Shown: positions 46,195 to 60,300 of the stretch, piece after piece | Position numbering within the stretch: position 1 is the first letter of the stretch | How the letters are laid out: the number at the start of each line of letters is the position of its first letter | Source of the DNA: Bugula neritina | Taxonomy: Eukaryota > Animalia > Bryozoa | Assembly: GCA_964035545.1 (NCBI GenBank) | Contig: OZ037769.1 | Location: forward strand, 6,677,929-6,741,928 | Length of the DNA: 64,000 nt | Direction: 5' to 3' | Notes under the pieces: model-generated | Seen by the model: the letters and a program-made list of their open reading frames with translations, nothing else | Databases searched by the model: none | Told to the model about the DNA's origin: nothing | Program-made: the position numbers and the translations under genes

Positions 46195-49100
46195 ATGGCT
46201 ACTCCTATTGTTGACTCGGTGGACGAGGAAGAAGTTGCTTATGCAAAGAGCTCTTGGTGGTGTCTTTTACTGAAACGAAAACTCACGTTGAAATCTCGTA
46301 CTCCAATGCAAAAGGTCACTTCTAATTTATAAACTAAAAGTATTTTGTGCTAGAAACAATGTATTAGAATATTGTTTTTATTAACTCTCAAGTTTTCAGC
46401 CCTAATATTTTTGGACGTTCTTTAAACTACTTGATAATTTGTTAATTGTTACTACCTTTATTATTCTATTATATTATTCTATTCTATTTTCCTATTATAT
46501 TATTCTATTCTATTATTCTATTGGAATATTTTAGGATGGAGAGGGCGAAGGGGTAGATCAAAAAGAGCCACCTCGTGGTTTTTGGGCAAATGAAGTTGAA
46601 TCAGTTTTGTCTCTCCTAGGTCTAGCGGTTGGCTTGGGTAATGTCTGGCGGTTTCCATGGATGGTGTCTCGGAATGGCGGAGGTATTATTTATATTACTG
46701 TTAAGGAAGGCAGCTTAAAAATCAACTGAAAATTGTTACCTGTTGGTGTTAATACACTTAATAAGTATAGCATGTGATTTTCTCATACATTTTTTCTGGC
46801 GCAAGTTATGGCGGATTATTATTCATAGGCGATGAACATTAATTTATCCGCGTTTCATAGCATTTTATATATGCATACTTTTTTCTAGGGGCCATTGATT
46901 TCTTTGGGAACTATTTTATTTACACTGCTTTTTGTAGGAGCTTTTCTCATTCCTTACTTCTTTATGCTCTTCTTTTGTGGGCTTCCATTATTTCTGATGG
47001 AACTAACTATTGGTCAGTACTCCGGATCTGGGCCTGGTAATGTTTTTGAAGCTGCTCCATTGTTTAGAGGTGAGCAACATACAACCATGCTGCTTGTTGT
47101 ATTTTATTTCCCGATGTTCACTCACACATCCCACTCAACCCACACACACCCACACCACACCCACGCACACACACACACACTCGCTCGCATGCACACATAC
47201 AAATTGCTTTACTGTTAGTGATTTGTGTATTGCAACAATGTTTGATATAGAAATAGTCTTTTACGAGCGTAATATGTGTTTCCAATCTACTGTATGTAAT
47301 AGTTGATGCATGTTTACAGCACAAGTTTTAATTCTCATCTCCAGGACTGGGCTGGTGTGTTTTGGCTGGAGCTATTCTTGGGGCTACTTATTACATAACA
47401 ATTATATCATGGGCTATTTATTACATGTTCTCATCATTCCAGAAGTATTTGCCGTGGATAGGGTGTAAGCATGAATGGAATTCTCCTTGTAAGTTTTATC
47501 TTTCATCAATCAACGGCCACAGCGTCATCCTAGTAGTTTTTTGCACCTGTCATTCATTTGTCATTCTGAAGAATGCTTTAATTCTGTGCAGTTACCAGTA
47601 AAATAAAGTATTATAGAGTAATCACTTTTTTGTAGTATTACAATATTTGTTGCCACTGTTTTAGGTATAAGATTTCTAGTTGCTGTATGGTTAAAATTCT
47701 TTCAAAATTAAGAGAATTTTTTAATTTTTGTTTCTTATCACATCAGTTATGAAATTTTGATTGAATTATTTTTCCTGTCTGCTTATACTTTAAAATTTGT
47801 TTGAAAGGCATTTTGAATATGTTAGTTTTTATAGGTAGTATTGTAAAAAGTATTCTAGCAGTGAGATTATGTTATACTATAAGGAGTTTTATTTCCTTCC
47901 TGGACTTTGACAATGTGTAGTCTGTCTAACTCACTCTACTTGCAGACTGTTACAGTAAGGACGAGGAGGAGATGTGTACAGCTAACAACACTCTATATTT
48001 GAGGCACGTGTGTGAACGTAATACTACGGAATATTTTGAACAATATTTAGACACCCTAAACTCTACTAGAATCTCTTCTACGGATGAATTCTTCAAGTAA
48101 GTTCATTCTATTTGCCACTAATTGTCATTTGTTGTTCAATGCTCACTTCACCTTGTCAAATGAAATTATAACGGGATTAATTATTGATGGATGCCTTAAG
48201 ATTTGCATTTCGGTTCATGGTATAACATTTATCCTGCAATATATTGTAGTATCATTCATCATAGTGATTTCTATGTTCATTGCCTGAGCATAATCTGCAA
48301 TTATTTACAAGCCTCCCTCATTCATATTCATGTGTCTTCAACATGAGGTGACCAGTTAAGTGTTAGTGATGAAATATGCAATACAAAGCTCTTCCTAATT
48401 TATTAACTTTCCTGAAGTCCAAGCATTTGAAATTTTATCTTTTTCATTATATAGTGCAAGTATTGGGAATTTGCGGTCATTTTTCAATTTATATGTGTTT
48501 AGCTGCTTTTCTAGTTTCTATTTCTACACAGGCGTCTGCATGGAAATTTAGTTCTAGCTTTTATAGAATTTCGTATTTGGATTCATGGTGTAGTTCATGA
48601 TATTCGTGGTCGAATTTGTAGCCGAAAGATGTACAACATTTATTTTGACAAGAATAGCACATCACCCCGTCCAATGGAGAATAGTGGTCTACCAAAGTGG
48701 GATTTAACTTTAACCTTACTGTTTACCTGGCTTATCACATATCTGTGTATATGTAAAGGAATCAAATCATCTGGCAAGGTTGGTTTCTCCCTTTCATATT
48801 ACAAAGCGCTTATCACGCATCATGTATTGCCATTCTGTGTCTTGCTATGTTCCGTTTCTCATAAAAGTTATAGTGAAAAACCATAGATTACTCTCATATT
48901 TGTAAATATCTTTCTAGGTGGTCTATTTCACGGCATTGTTCCCCTACCTAGCCATCACAGGTCTACTTGTAGTGGCTGCTCAACTAGATGGAGCTAGTGA
49001 TGGTGTTAAATACTACCTGCAGCCACCCGCCAATGCATCTGTGCTTGCCAATCATCACGTACGTTACTCCCTTCAGTATTTTCCATGATTGGTTATAACT

Positions 49101-52100
49101 GATGCAATGTGTTTCCTTACTATGATAGTGACATTTGCTTATAAGATAACAATTGTGTGTTTGTACTGAAAAAACCCTGAGTTGTAGTAGCTAGCAATGT
49201 TTGCTGAGCCTTTATCTACTATAGTCTATGCAATCAAGTCAGCATTTACAAATGACAGGCAGCTTTTGAACAACGTCGTAGAGATATTTTGAATTACCTA
49301 ATCCACAAACATTGGCTCTTTCTGTTTGGAAATTCTACACTCAAGAATGTTGATAATCACTGTGTATTAAAGTCTAACAGAATGATGGACTGAAACTCAT
49401 TGCGACTCATCTGTATGCCTAACAAGATTCTTTGTTTAATCAGGTGTGGGTGGATGCCACAACCCAGATCTTCTACTCTCTGGGGCTCAGTGGGGGCTCA
49501 GTGATGACGTATGCTAGCTACAATAAGTATAATAATAATATCCTCAGGTATGTTCAACTCTCCTGATGATTCATCAACTAACAATTTCCCTGATGACCCG
49601 TACATCTGTTAACTAACCATGTAAATCAGTTTTCACTTTAATTATTTTGATGAGCTCCAACGGCTTCTTCAAAAGTTCAGGAAAATATTTTATCTTTTTA
49701 GTTCTCTCCCAATCCTGAGTTGAATTATTCAGGTTTTAGTTTAGTTTAGTTTTAGTTTCAGCTAAAAGCAAATTTTTTGTCTGTACATCATTTCAGCGTA
49801 GAAAAAGATTATTGCAACCAGAAAATTCTTGGAAAAAAATTTCAAGCAATTCCTTGCGACATTTTAATAGTTATCAAATCTATTCCCTTTTATGGAACCT
49901 GTAGCTGTGGTATGAGGGGTGTAACCAGTGTTGTTGTAATATCATCGCTTACAGGATGCTCAAATTTTAGTATGCTGTTTTGCAGCTGAAAAATTACAAG
50001 TCTAGAGGTATTGGTAGAAGCTGTCCATTCACAGTATGGTTAGAAAACTTCGCACCTTAATTTTCCCGTCTATTCACCTACAAAAATCCCTGTCATAATT
50101 TTATACAGTTTGCTGAAAATAATCTGTTTTCAAATTTGGACGACCTCGTCTCTTTCTTCAAGTGAATACTTTGAAAGAATAATAACATTACGCTGTTTAC
50201 GGCTATTTGGGGTTGATATAGTATTTTGCAGTGTAAGAACAGGCTGATTGGAATGTTAGTCCTGGATAGAAGGAATTTATCTGATTGCTAGATTTTATGC
50301 TCTGCTGTTAGCAGTAATGCTTGATGGAACAACACGCCATCATGTAATGTTGCCTACCAGTTTGTGTGACATGTTTTGTGTACTTTGCTTTCAGAGACTG
50401 TCTAATTGTTGGAATAGGTAACTCTCTCACCAGTTTCTATGCCGGTTTTCCTGTCTTCTGTATACTTGGATACATGGCAAAGAGACTCAACACTGACATC
50501 AAATCGGTTGTCAAATCAGGTAATGTTTACTTCCTGGTAATATTTACTTCCTGGTAGTATTTCCTTCCAGGTATCGCTTAATAAAAGAATTTTCCCCAAG
50601 AACCCAACTGAAAATTATTCAAATGAATGCCAAAAAAGTTTTCAAACTTCCATTTTTATGACTAAATGAGATTCATATTTTACTTTACATATGTGCTTGT
50701 CCCTATTTTTGATTTTTTGTTTGCATATTAGCCTATCTCTTTCGTAAGATTATTTCAGCCAACAAGGTTATTTCTAGCTTATAAAAGTTTCTCATATTTA
50801 TTTTTCCAATTAGATGTCTGGTCATTTTTATTTAGTTGAGTTTTCAAAGACTACTCAATAAATTTTTAAAGTTTTCTAGTCAGTTATTCGTAGTCAAGTC
50901 TCTCTATGATATTCAAACTTAGCTTTTCTGCGCATGTCTTTGTTGTCAAGTTAATCTATGTTTAATCAGTATTATCCAATCAAAATATATTGAGGATATT
51001 TTCTGTTACAGGTTCAGCCCTAGTGTTTATCGTTTATCCAGAAGTGTTGAATAAACTTCCCGGGGCTCAATTCTGGTGCTTCTTATTCTTTCTCATGCTG
51101 GTCTCTTTAGGATTGGATAGTCAAGTAGGTACCTTCCTTATGCTGGTCTGCGTAGGTCTGGCTAGTCAAGTAGCTATGCCTGCATACATAATAGCCAGTT
51201 CAATGTTGCATCACATTACAGATGTATTACTGAGTGCATACTTACCCTCAGCTTTATGCACTAGCTCTAGAATATCGTATGTGAAGGGGTGAGGTTTACA
51301 CAGGAAGGACAGCTTGCAGTGTTCTGGTTACATGATTATTCAAAGGTTGTTCTGATTTCTATTCATCATCATTATTTAGTGTTTGTTTGAAACTGTCATT
51401 TCTTTGCTATTTTGCTGGCTCTATTTTGTTTGTAAAATAGACAACTTTAGGGGCTCAACACATGCTGCGGTCTTCTATATTAGACAGAAGCTGTGTAGTC
51501 CTTGTCATATACAGTGGCACAGATGTGTAGTATTTTGTGATATAACTGTAGTTCGGCACTATTGAAACTCTCCTCACTGCAATATTGGATAAGAAACCAA
51601 AACTGTTGCCTAAGAAACCGCTGATAGCCTTAGTTATATGCTCAACCATCTGTGTGTTTGGGCTCTCCACTGTTGTACAGGTCAGTTGCGCGGAATATTG
51701 TTTTAACCTTTACAAATTTATGCATGTGTAGTTTTCGCTAGGTTTTATTTTAATTTTCCAATATGTGTGAGTTTTCTTATCCAACTTTTCTGGCAAGAGC
51801 TTTCCGAAGCTTTTATTTTAACTTTCAATTTTTTTTTTCAAATTAAGCTCATTGTTCGGGATATTTTTTCAATTCTATTTGTTATTGTGGCATGAGACTT
51901 AATGTCAACATGATTTCAGCATTCAAACATACCTTTCACTTATCTAATATCTCATTTTTATTTTGTGCAGGCTGGGGTTTATTGGGAGGAAATGCTGAAC
52001 TATTATGCTGGATTTGCAACAGTAGTGTTGGCTTTAATCAATGCTACAGTTTATGGCTGGATATATGGTAAGTTGTTAATGACCTGCAATTTGTTTACTT

Positions 52101-53363
52101 ACTTACATTTACATGTGGTATGTACACTTACATTAATACACCAAGAATCATTCATGCTATACTTGTATACTATTATTCACTCACATACAATATGTCAATC
52201 TAAACTGGGCTACAGGTGCGGGAAATCTATTAGACCATCTGCAGCACATGATCAATATCAAGTTTCCAGTCACACTTGTATGGATCCTATTGTTCTTGTG
52301 GAAGATATTGGCTCCATTGATTATCTCAGTATGTGCTGTCTCTTACTCCAAGTTTCTGATAGTGTGACAACTCCATGTGGTTTATTTTTGTCTCGGTATC
52401 TTATAGTTGTAATAGTTTTATATAATCTTGTCACACACTATCTTTTTATAAAGCCTGTGAAACTAATATTCTCTGTAGGCGTAGCATTTTAATTTTTTAA
52501 CAGATTAATTTAATGTTTTAGGTTTTTGTTTAATTTTGTTAGATTTTTTTGAAAATATTAACTGAAGTATCAGCTTTACATTGACTTTGGCACTGCCAAT
52601 AGTATTGCTTAACATTTCTGAGTTACTCATGACGTATGTGTATGTTGCAGGTTATACTGATATTTAACTTCATAGCCGTGTCCAAGATAGATTACCACGG
52701 ATACGTGTTGCCTGATTGGGCGCAGTTATTTGGCTGGTTGACTGTGTGGGTCCCGTTTCTCATGGTGCCAATAGCAGCTGTTCTTGAGTACAGGAAAGAA
52801 GTAGCAGCCAATCCGTATGAGGTTCTCACGGTTTGGCAGGTAAGGATTCATTATTTACCTATATTTACTATATTATAGTAGGAGAACTGAAAATAGTTGG
52901 ACTCGCTGGTAGCAATTGCTTTGGCAATGTTTTGAGTTCATGAGCTATGTTGTTATTAAGTTTCTAATAATAAAGAAAGGTAGATTGTGTGACATGTTTT
53001 TTTGAGTGATTACTGTCTAATCTACTGATTGTATTACCTAATTTCGAGTTGCTTACTCCTTCTAGTTATGAATAATTTGGGATAAATTGTAAGATATTAC
53101 ACACAGATTTTCCATTTACACTTATGTTGTGTGTAACTAACAGATTTTCATTATTAATATAGAGAATTGTAAAGTTGACTAAACCATCAACCAAATGGAT
53201 TCCTTCGTATTTAAAGCACGAGCAAGAAATAATCAATCCACCCACAGAAAATGGGGTTGATAATGCGGACACCATTATTACTAGTAGCACGTCTTATGGA
53301 ACTAATAGAAACAGCATAGACATGACTGATATAACTCTACAGAACTCTAACTTACCTGTCTAA
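46195..53363 (+). CDS. SLC6 (NSS) Na+/Cl- dependent transporter, amino-acid-transporter type, 15 coding exons
   Basis: Exons 46195-46314, 46535-46682 ([14 protein letters not shown]), 46938-47069 (AFLIPY...[13 protein letters not shown]), 47345-47488, 47946-48096, 48622-48778 (KGIKSSGK), 48918-49058 ([10 protein letters not shown]), 49444-49547 ([13 protein letters not shown]), 50395-50519, 51012-51124 (LVFIVYPE...GLDSQ), 51552-51680, 51971-52067, 52216-52328, 52651-52839, 53163-53363. Confidence 0.93.
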
Positions 53364-54519
53364 TTATGTGTACATGACCCTAATGCTCATTTTCTCTCTG
53401 TAACTGGTAATTCCAGTAGTATGATCTGCTAGTATGTGCTATTTAGTTATTCTAATTATATTACAGAAGCTATTTTATCAGCACTGATGTATATCTTCTC
53501 AAAAGCGTATATTTTATGTTAAGTTTTTTGTCTAAAAGTTTAAACTTAGTTTTTTATAGCAATTATTTCTATAAACTCTGTTTATTACTGTTTTGCTCAT
53601 GTCTCATTTACAGCTTATGAATATTTACGATCTCTTTTTTTATTTGAGTATAAGTACAGTATTTTTTCAATATCAACTTAATTTAGGTAAATAACTTTTT
53701 TATCTTAAAATGCATTCAGTTTTTACATGTTCTATATAATTTTGTTTTTTTATGAGGTTTATTCTTTCTGTATTTTTAAGAATGACTTTTTGGATTCACT
53801 AAGTATTTATCCGGATTCATTAATTATTTAGCTGATGCCTTGAACTAATAAATTAATTCAAGCTGTCATATGAACTTTTCAATAAACAATGTTTTATCTA
53901 AAATGTTTTATCTAGTTCAAATTGACTGTTACTTTTATGTCATATTACTATTAGTTGATGGTGTAGGCTAAAAGCTCCGCTATGTACAAGGTGGGAAAAC
54001 TTTATGATATTTCGCTGTATATTCAGCATGGGCGGGACTCCATACGAGTAACTCCAACTATGTGCAATATTATTGCGTGGTATTTTTCAAGAGGAGATAA
54101 TCCTGCTTCCATATTCTACAAATGAGTACAACTTCTATAATGATTACTCAATCGGCTTTAAGTATAACATAATTGGAAATGCTGTATATGTAAGAAGCGG
54201 AAGTGTCAATATTTCCTGTACCATGGTTGAAATTTTGGAATTATACTTATACTAATACTTAGAGGAATTAGGAGGTGCTGGAACGTCAACTTGCACAATT
54301 AATATTATAAAACTAATAATTATAATGGATAAACAATAGTTATAGTTATTATATTTATTGCTTTTTAGTTTTGTTTTGTTAACAAATTGAAATTTATTAG
54401 ATACTTTTTCATGCCAAAAATTGTTTTTCATAAATGATAATCATAATCATATCCTTGTAGTTGTCCTAAGGCTAAAGTTAGACAATAATACTTATAGTTG
54501 TGGTAATATTAACACTGTA

Positions 54520-55480
54520 AATGTAATAGTAGATGTAATACTAAGTCTAATACTAATACTAATAGTAGTAATAGTAATACTAATACTAATAGTAGTAGTA
54601 CTACTAATTGACTCATTAGTCATTAGTGAGTAAATTAGTCATTACTGATTACTCATTAGTCATTAGACTTAGTCATTTGAGTAATTTACAGCATCAGCAT
54701 GAGTAACAGTAACTACTAAGTGTAACATTCCTCTTCCTCATTAACAGAAACACTCACAGTAACAGTAACTGTTAGTGTAAGTCATAAGATTAACCTAAAC
54801 TATAAGTATAACATTAAACGGTTATTTACTTTTAAAATTAATTCTACATTATCATTATGATTATAATTATTTATTATTAATTTATTTACATTAATAATAT
54901 AATTAAATTAATATTATTTTATTAACCGATTATTAAGATTATCATTATCATATTCATAATGATTGTGATTATGATGATCTGTAAGTATATGAATCAGAAT
55001 ATGAATATCATTGTCTATATCATTCAATTCAATTAATATTATCATTGTCATAATGATTAAATGAGAGATAATGATAATCATAATAATAATGTGATACTGA
55101 TAGGCATAGTGATAATGTGATCATTACCATAACCATAATGATTATGATTGTCATTATGACTTATTGACTGTGTATGTCATGTTTATTTGACAAATATCGC
55201 TTTAAATATGGTACAGACAGGCACAGTGAAATTGAGTGTAACACTAAGTGACTCACAGTCAAACTGACACTGAGCCTTACAGTATTTCTCAGTCACTAGT
55301 CAGCCCTGATACTTATAATTATAATACTAAATCTAATACTTATAGTCTTACTAATAGCTATAATGATAATCTGATAATGATAAACACTAATAGTAGTATT
55401 GATAGTCAATGGCATGGTGATAGTAAGTGTCGCACCATGAAATGCTTATCATGATTATCAGTGTCATAATTATTCTCATT
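54520..55480. repeat. Low-complexity (AGT/ACT/ATC/TGA)-rich tract
   Basis: TAATAC/TAGTAA/ATGATT-type short-unit runs. Confidence 0.65.
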
Positions 55481-57385
55481 ATGACTATCAGTATCTGCAT
55501 GAACATAGCTATGTCTATAAATATTGCTATCACGATCACAATGAGAATGAGAATACACTTGCCCTTACTATCTTAGTTTTATTAATTAATCTTACAGTTA
55601 CATGGGCCAGAGTGCATCATGGTTACCCTGAGCTTGGCATAGCAAAATAATTGAAATAAAAATTTAAATTGAATTAATTTACATTATAATCACTATGATA
55701 ATAATACTATTTGATATGCCTATTGTAGTTGTTAGTTATTGTTATCCACTTATTGTTATTCACTTATTGTGGTTGATTAACTCATGACTGCAATAATAAT
55801 CCTAAGTGTTCAATATTAATAATTATTTTCAGCAATAAACTTGAAGTGGGGCTTAAACTAAAAATTTCAAAGTTAAAACATATTCGTAATCAGTAAATGA
55901 CTAATTTACTAAATCCAAAAGGATTGCTAGCTAATATACTCAAACTAAAAGTAATACTATTAGTATTTTCACTAGGCTTCACATGCACTGGACTGTTGTT
56001 TATAGTCATAATAAAGTTGCAGGAGTGCACATACTCATAGTCAGACTCACACTGGCTAGAAAAATATTCACTTCTATAATATAATTAATAGAATGAAAAT
56101 CAAATCGTAGTAACTAGCAACCCTATTCATTAACTTTTGTGAGTAAATTTACTTTTTCACCAAAATGATAACTCAATCTATCAAGTCTAGTGGGTTTGTA
56201 AGTTATAAAACTTTGCTTCTTCTTGCTTGAAAAACTACTTCAATTGAGATAGTCTTCGATGCTCAAATTTGCACTCTTTTAAAATTGCTCATTGATTACC
56301 AAGCTAAGTCTAGTAACATGAATTAATTTAGCTTCGAATCACTAGTCACACTTTATTCATACTCATGGTAATGCTCAACATCATTATAATGGTCTGATTA
56401 AAACTATAGGCATATGCTATAGGCTGGAATAGAATTGAGATATAACTGCCCAACTATTTAATACAAGTTTCAGTGTTTATACTTTTCTCAAATACAAATT
56501 TTGATGAAATGCATGCTCTTTACAACTTGTTCTTGGTTTACTGCAATATAAGTGATAACTTAAATTTTAGAGTTGATATAACTATTCAATGCAATGGTTA
56601 TTATATGCTCTGCAAAAGTTAGAAATGGAAATGAATAGAGCAAATATTTTTTGTGTATAAGCTGATATTACCAACATAGTAATTGAAATTTCAGGGTTAT
56701 GATTTAAAAGTCATTAGTTTTGCTAAAATATTTCAGTTGCCATAGTTTAAATACAATAAGGTGTCAAATAAGATTAATGAATGGAGCTTAATTTCAATAA
56801 GAAAATTATCTCCTCAATATTTTTATTACCATTCATTTGTATAAAAATAATACATGTTACTTATAATAAAAGTATTTTTGAATTTATAAAAACTTAATAA
56901 GTTTTAGCATTTCATTGTTTATATTAATTAGGCTGGTATTTTATTATAAACAAGAATGGGTGGTTTTTATTTCTGTTTTGCTATTGTTTTTTCATCAAAT
57001 TGGTCAACATTTTAATCAGTCTAACTCTAGTCATATTTTATACTTTTACAGCTTACCAATCACACAATTCAAAATATTTTGGTGGCTGAACTGATTTGCT
57101 AAAGTAAACATAGAAAAACTAGTTTCCTATTTCCTATTGGTTTTCTATCAGCAAAAAACATATTTTGCTGAGTAAGCTTTATATGGCTTTAATTGGTGAA
57201 ACTTCTTGTTTCTTCAGACTAATATATTATGGTCGTTCTAGATGTTGAACTATTGAATTATGTTATCACCGTGGAGTCGGACATTTGACCATATGTAAAA
57301 TCCTTTAAATATGATAACCAATGAATGTTTTAGATGCTTCAAACAGTATGACATTGTATAGTTGAGGGGTTCGCTATTTGTGACA

Positions 57386-60300
57386 ATGGCGCAAATTGAA
57401 GATAAGCTTCGTATATTTGAGGGTGGTTTGGTATTATCAAGGTGAGTGTTGGTAGTATGTCTTAGTATTGATTGCTACTCATAGATTATTCACTTCCCCC
57501 TTCCCCATTAGTGCTGGACTTTCAGATATACACTTAGAATAAGCCTGCTTTAGTGTAGTCTGTTCTTATTTCTGAATATGTAAGGCTTTATATTTGGAGT
57601 ATGATTGGTACGTTAGCAATGCTAATGTAAAATAAACCGGGACTTTTTCTATGAATTCAAGTATAGTTTTGGTATCATGTAAAATATTTATTATTGAGCA
57701 TAATTACTCGTTATTTTACACCTAGATACATGAATTACTCATTATTTAGTATTTTTGTGTAATGTGCAGGCAAAATGTATATAATATGTTAGCCTACTTA
57801 GAAATAAGAATGCAATATTGCAGCAATGTTTCATGTACTTTACTCACACCATCATATTTATAAAAGTACCTATGGATATATTATGCAACTAACAAAAGTG
57901 CTGCCCAGTTACTGGATGATAGTCACCCTATTCAACCCTTGAAAATACAGCATACAACGTTGAGTTATCTAATCACACTAAGTCAGCACTCATTTTTCTC
58001 AATAAATACCAGCATCTGAAAGGAGCAGCCGCGGTCTAAGGGTGAGAGCAATTGCTTAGTAAACCTGAATTCATGGGTTCGAACTCCAGTAAAGGCCATT
58101 GGCGATGTTAGGAAGAGCATCCAGCCATAATTGCTCCTGTGCCCCATCTGAATAAGTCCTTAGCGCGTTTTAAAAAGCCCTTTTCATCAGGGGTTTCTCA
58201 CAGGGATAGTGACTATAACTTTGAGTAAGTTTATCTGAAGGGATGGCGTATTTAGAAGAGCGGTTTATATCCACTGCGTTTAATTATCTCACTTTTTACA
58301 CAGTATCAGCACCTACTATTCTGCTGTCAAATAGTCACCAAAATATTATCTTGAGTAACTGCCACTTGGGAAAGCTCTGGAGTTTTATTAATATCACAAG
58401 TCATGTGATTGGCTTAACTTTCCATATTAGTTGGTTACACTGGGTGGATTTTCTAATACTTCACAAAGAAGTTGTATTTTCTGACTGCAAGCAGACTGGT
58501 CTAAAGATGAAATAATCTAGCTCAAATTTTAAAAATTCAAATTCTAACAAAACTAATGGTATCTAACTGCTCGTGATAAACTCCTGGTTAACAGCTTTAT
58601 TCAACTCTGTCTTTCTTGCCTATTTGGCAAAAAACCTCCGAGGTTGGAAATCATTAGGCGTGGCTAAAAAGATTGACAAAATTATTAGATTTTGCATTTT
58701 CCTATCAATACAATTAATTTACAGCGTTATTAATGATCCCAGAATTTTGCCAGTCAAGATGTAAAATAATTTCCACAGTTATTGTCAGAGGGATTCTTCT
58801 GTACTAGACTGAATAGCTAACTGCATATCATGTATCTTAGATTAGTTTATTAGTATCAAGGGTTGTAAATCTTTACACCTTACTCTTTGGAAAGCATTTA
58901 GTGTAGATATATGACCTTGTGTTAGTTGTATGAGTTTATAAACTTCAGGGTTATCTAAACAATACCTAGAACTATGTTATCTGCAAAATGTATTGCAAAA
59001 ACTGCAACACAAACTTTAGCATAAAGTAGAATAAGCTGTAGAACTCCATGTTTTGAGAAATAATTCGAAAGTGATAATGATTGATGGTCTAGCATTATTT
59101 CCTTTACAGTTGGTTGTGATGGAAATTAAACAAATAGTGTGCAGGGGATGAACATGAGCAGCCGTGGTCTGTGGTCTAGGGGTTAGCTGTTGGAGCGGTT
59201 TTTCTAGTAAGCACAAAGTCATGGGTTCGAGCCCTGAAAAAAGCCATTGGTGATGTTAGGAAGAGCATCCAGTCACAATTGCTCCTGTGCCTCATTTAAC
59301 CAAGTCCCTTGCCCGCTTTAACAAAAACCCTTTCCATCAGGGGTTTCTCACAGGGATGGCGGCTATAAACTTGCGTGAGTGTATATACAGGGATGAACAT
59401 AGATGAATATAGCTAACTGTTGATACGAATCATGTAGGCTTCTTCACCTAAACTCAAATTTTTATCAACAATCTGCTGCAGGTTCTATTTGAAAAGACGG
59501 TTTGAAAAATTGACTTTCAAAGTTCGTCTGGAAACTCGAGAGCTTATATGGATCCGAGTAGAAAACCAAGTGAAACCCGAGGGTGTAGGTGTGTATTAAC
59601 TGCAGTAGTTATTAGTAGTTATATTACTGTGTAGTTGCAGGTTTATGCCATGAGGTATGTTGACTTATAGATAATATCTGTTGGCTAGTATCACCTGCTT
59701 ATGTAACTCTTGCTCTCTACATTATATGCTATGAAATCCTACCCTTAGTGTATTTATATAATACGCTTCCTGTCTGTGTACCGGAGCAGGCAACTCCTTC
59801 TGGTAAAACTAACTTTCATCTGCTAATAAAAGTTGAAATATATAGGACCTGTCCAATTGTTTCTGCTAATTAATTGTTTTCTATATATTTCACTTTGTCT
59901 TCTGTATATTTCATTTTGTCTTTTGCGCATTTCACTTTTTGTTGTGTATTTCACTTTGGCTTCTGCACATTTCACTTTACCTTCTGCGCATTAACTTTAT
60001 CTTCCGTACATTTCACTTTTTGTTGTACATTTCACTTTGCCTTCTGCATATTTCAGTGGACCTGCGGTTGCTTAAGGAGATCCGTCCAAGAGATCCTGAT
60101 GATAAGGAAACGAAAGAGTTTGAGAAAACAACTGCTGATATTAATCTCTGCTTCTCGTTGCACTATGGTGATGAGTTTGTTCTCAAGCACCTGGCACTAC
60201 AAGGTAGAGTCGTACACCGCTACTCCTAAATCTTGTCAACTGAGTTGGGTGGCTTCACCTCGTACCATTAATTAGCTCTACGAGACTTTAAGACAGCAGC

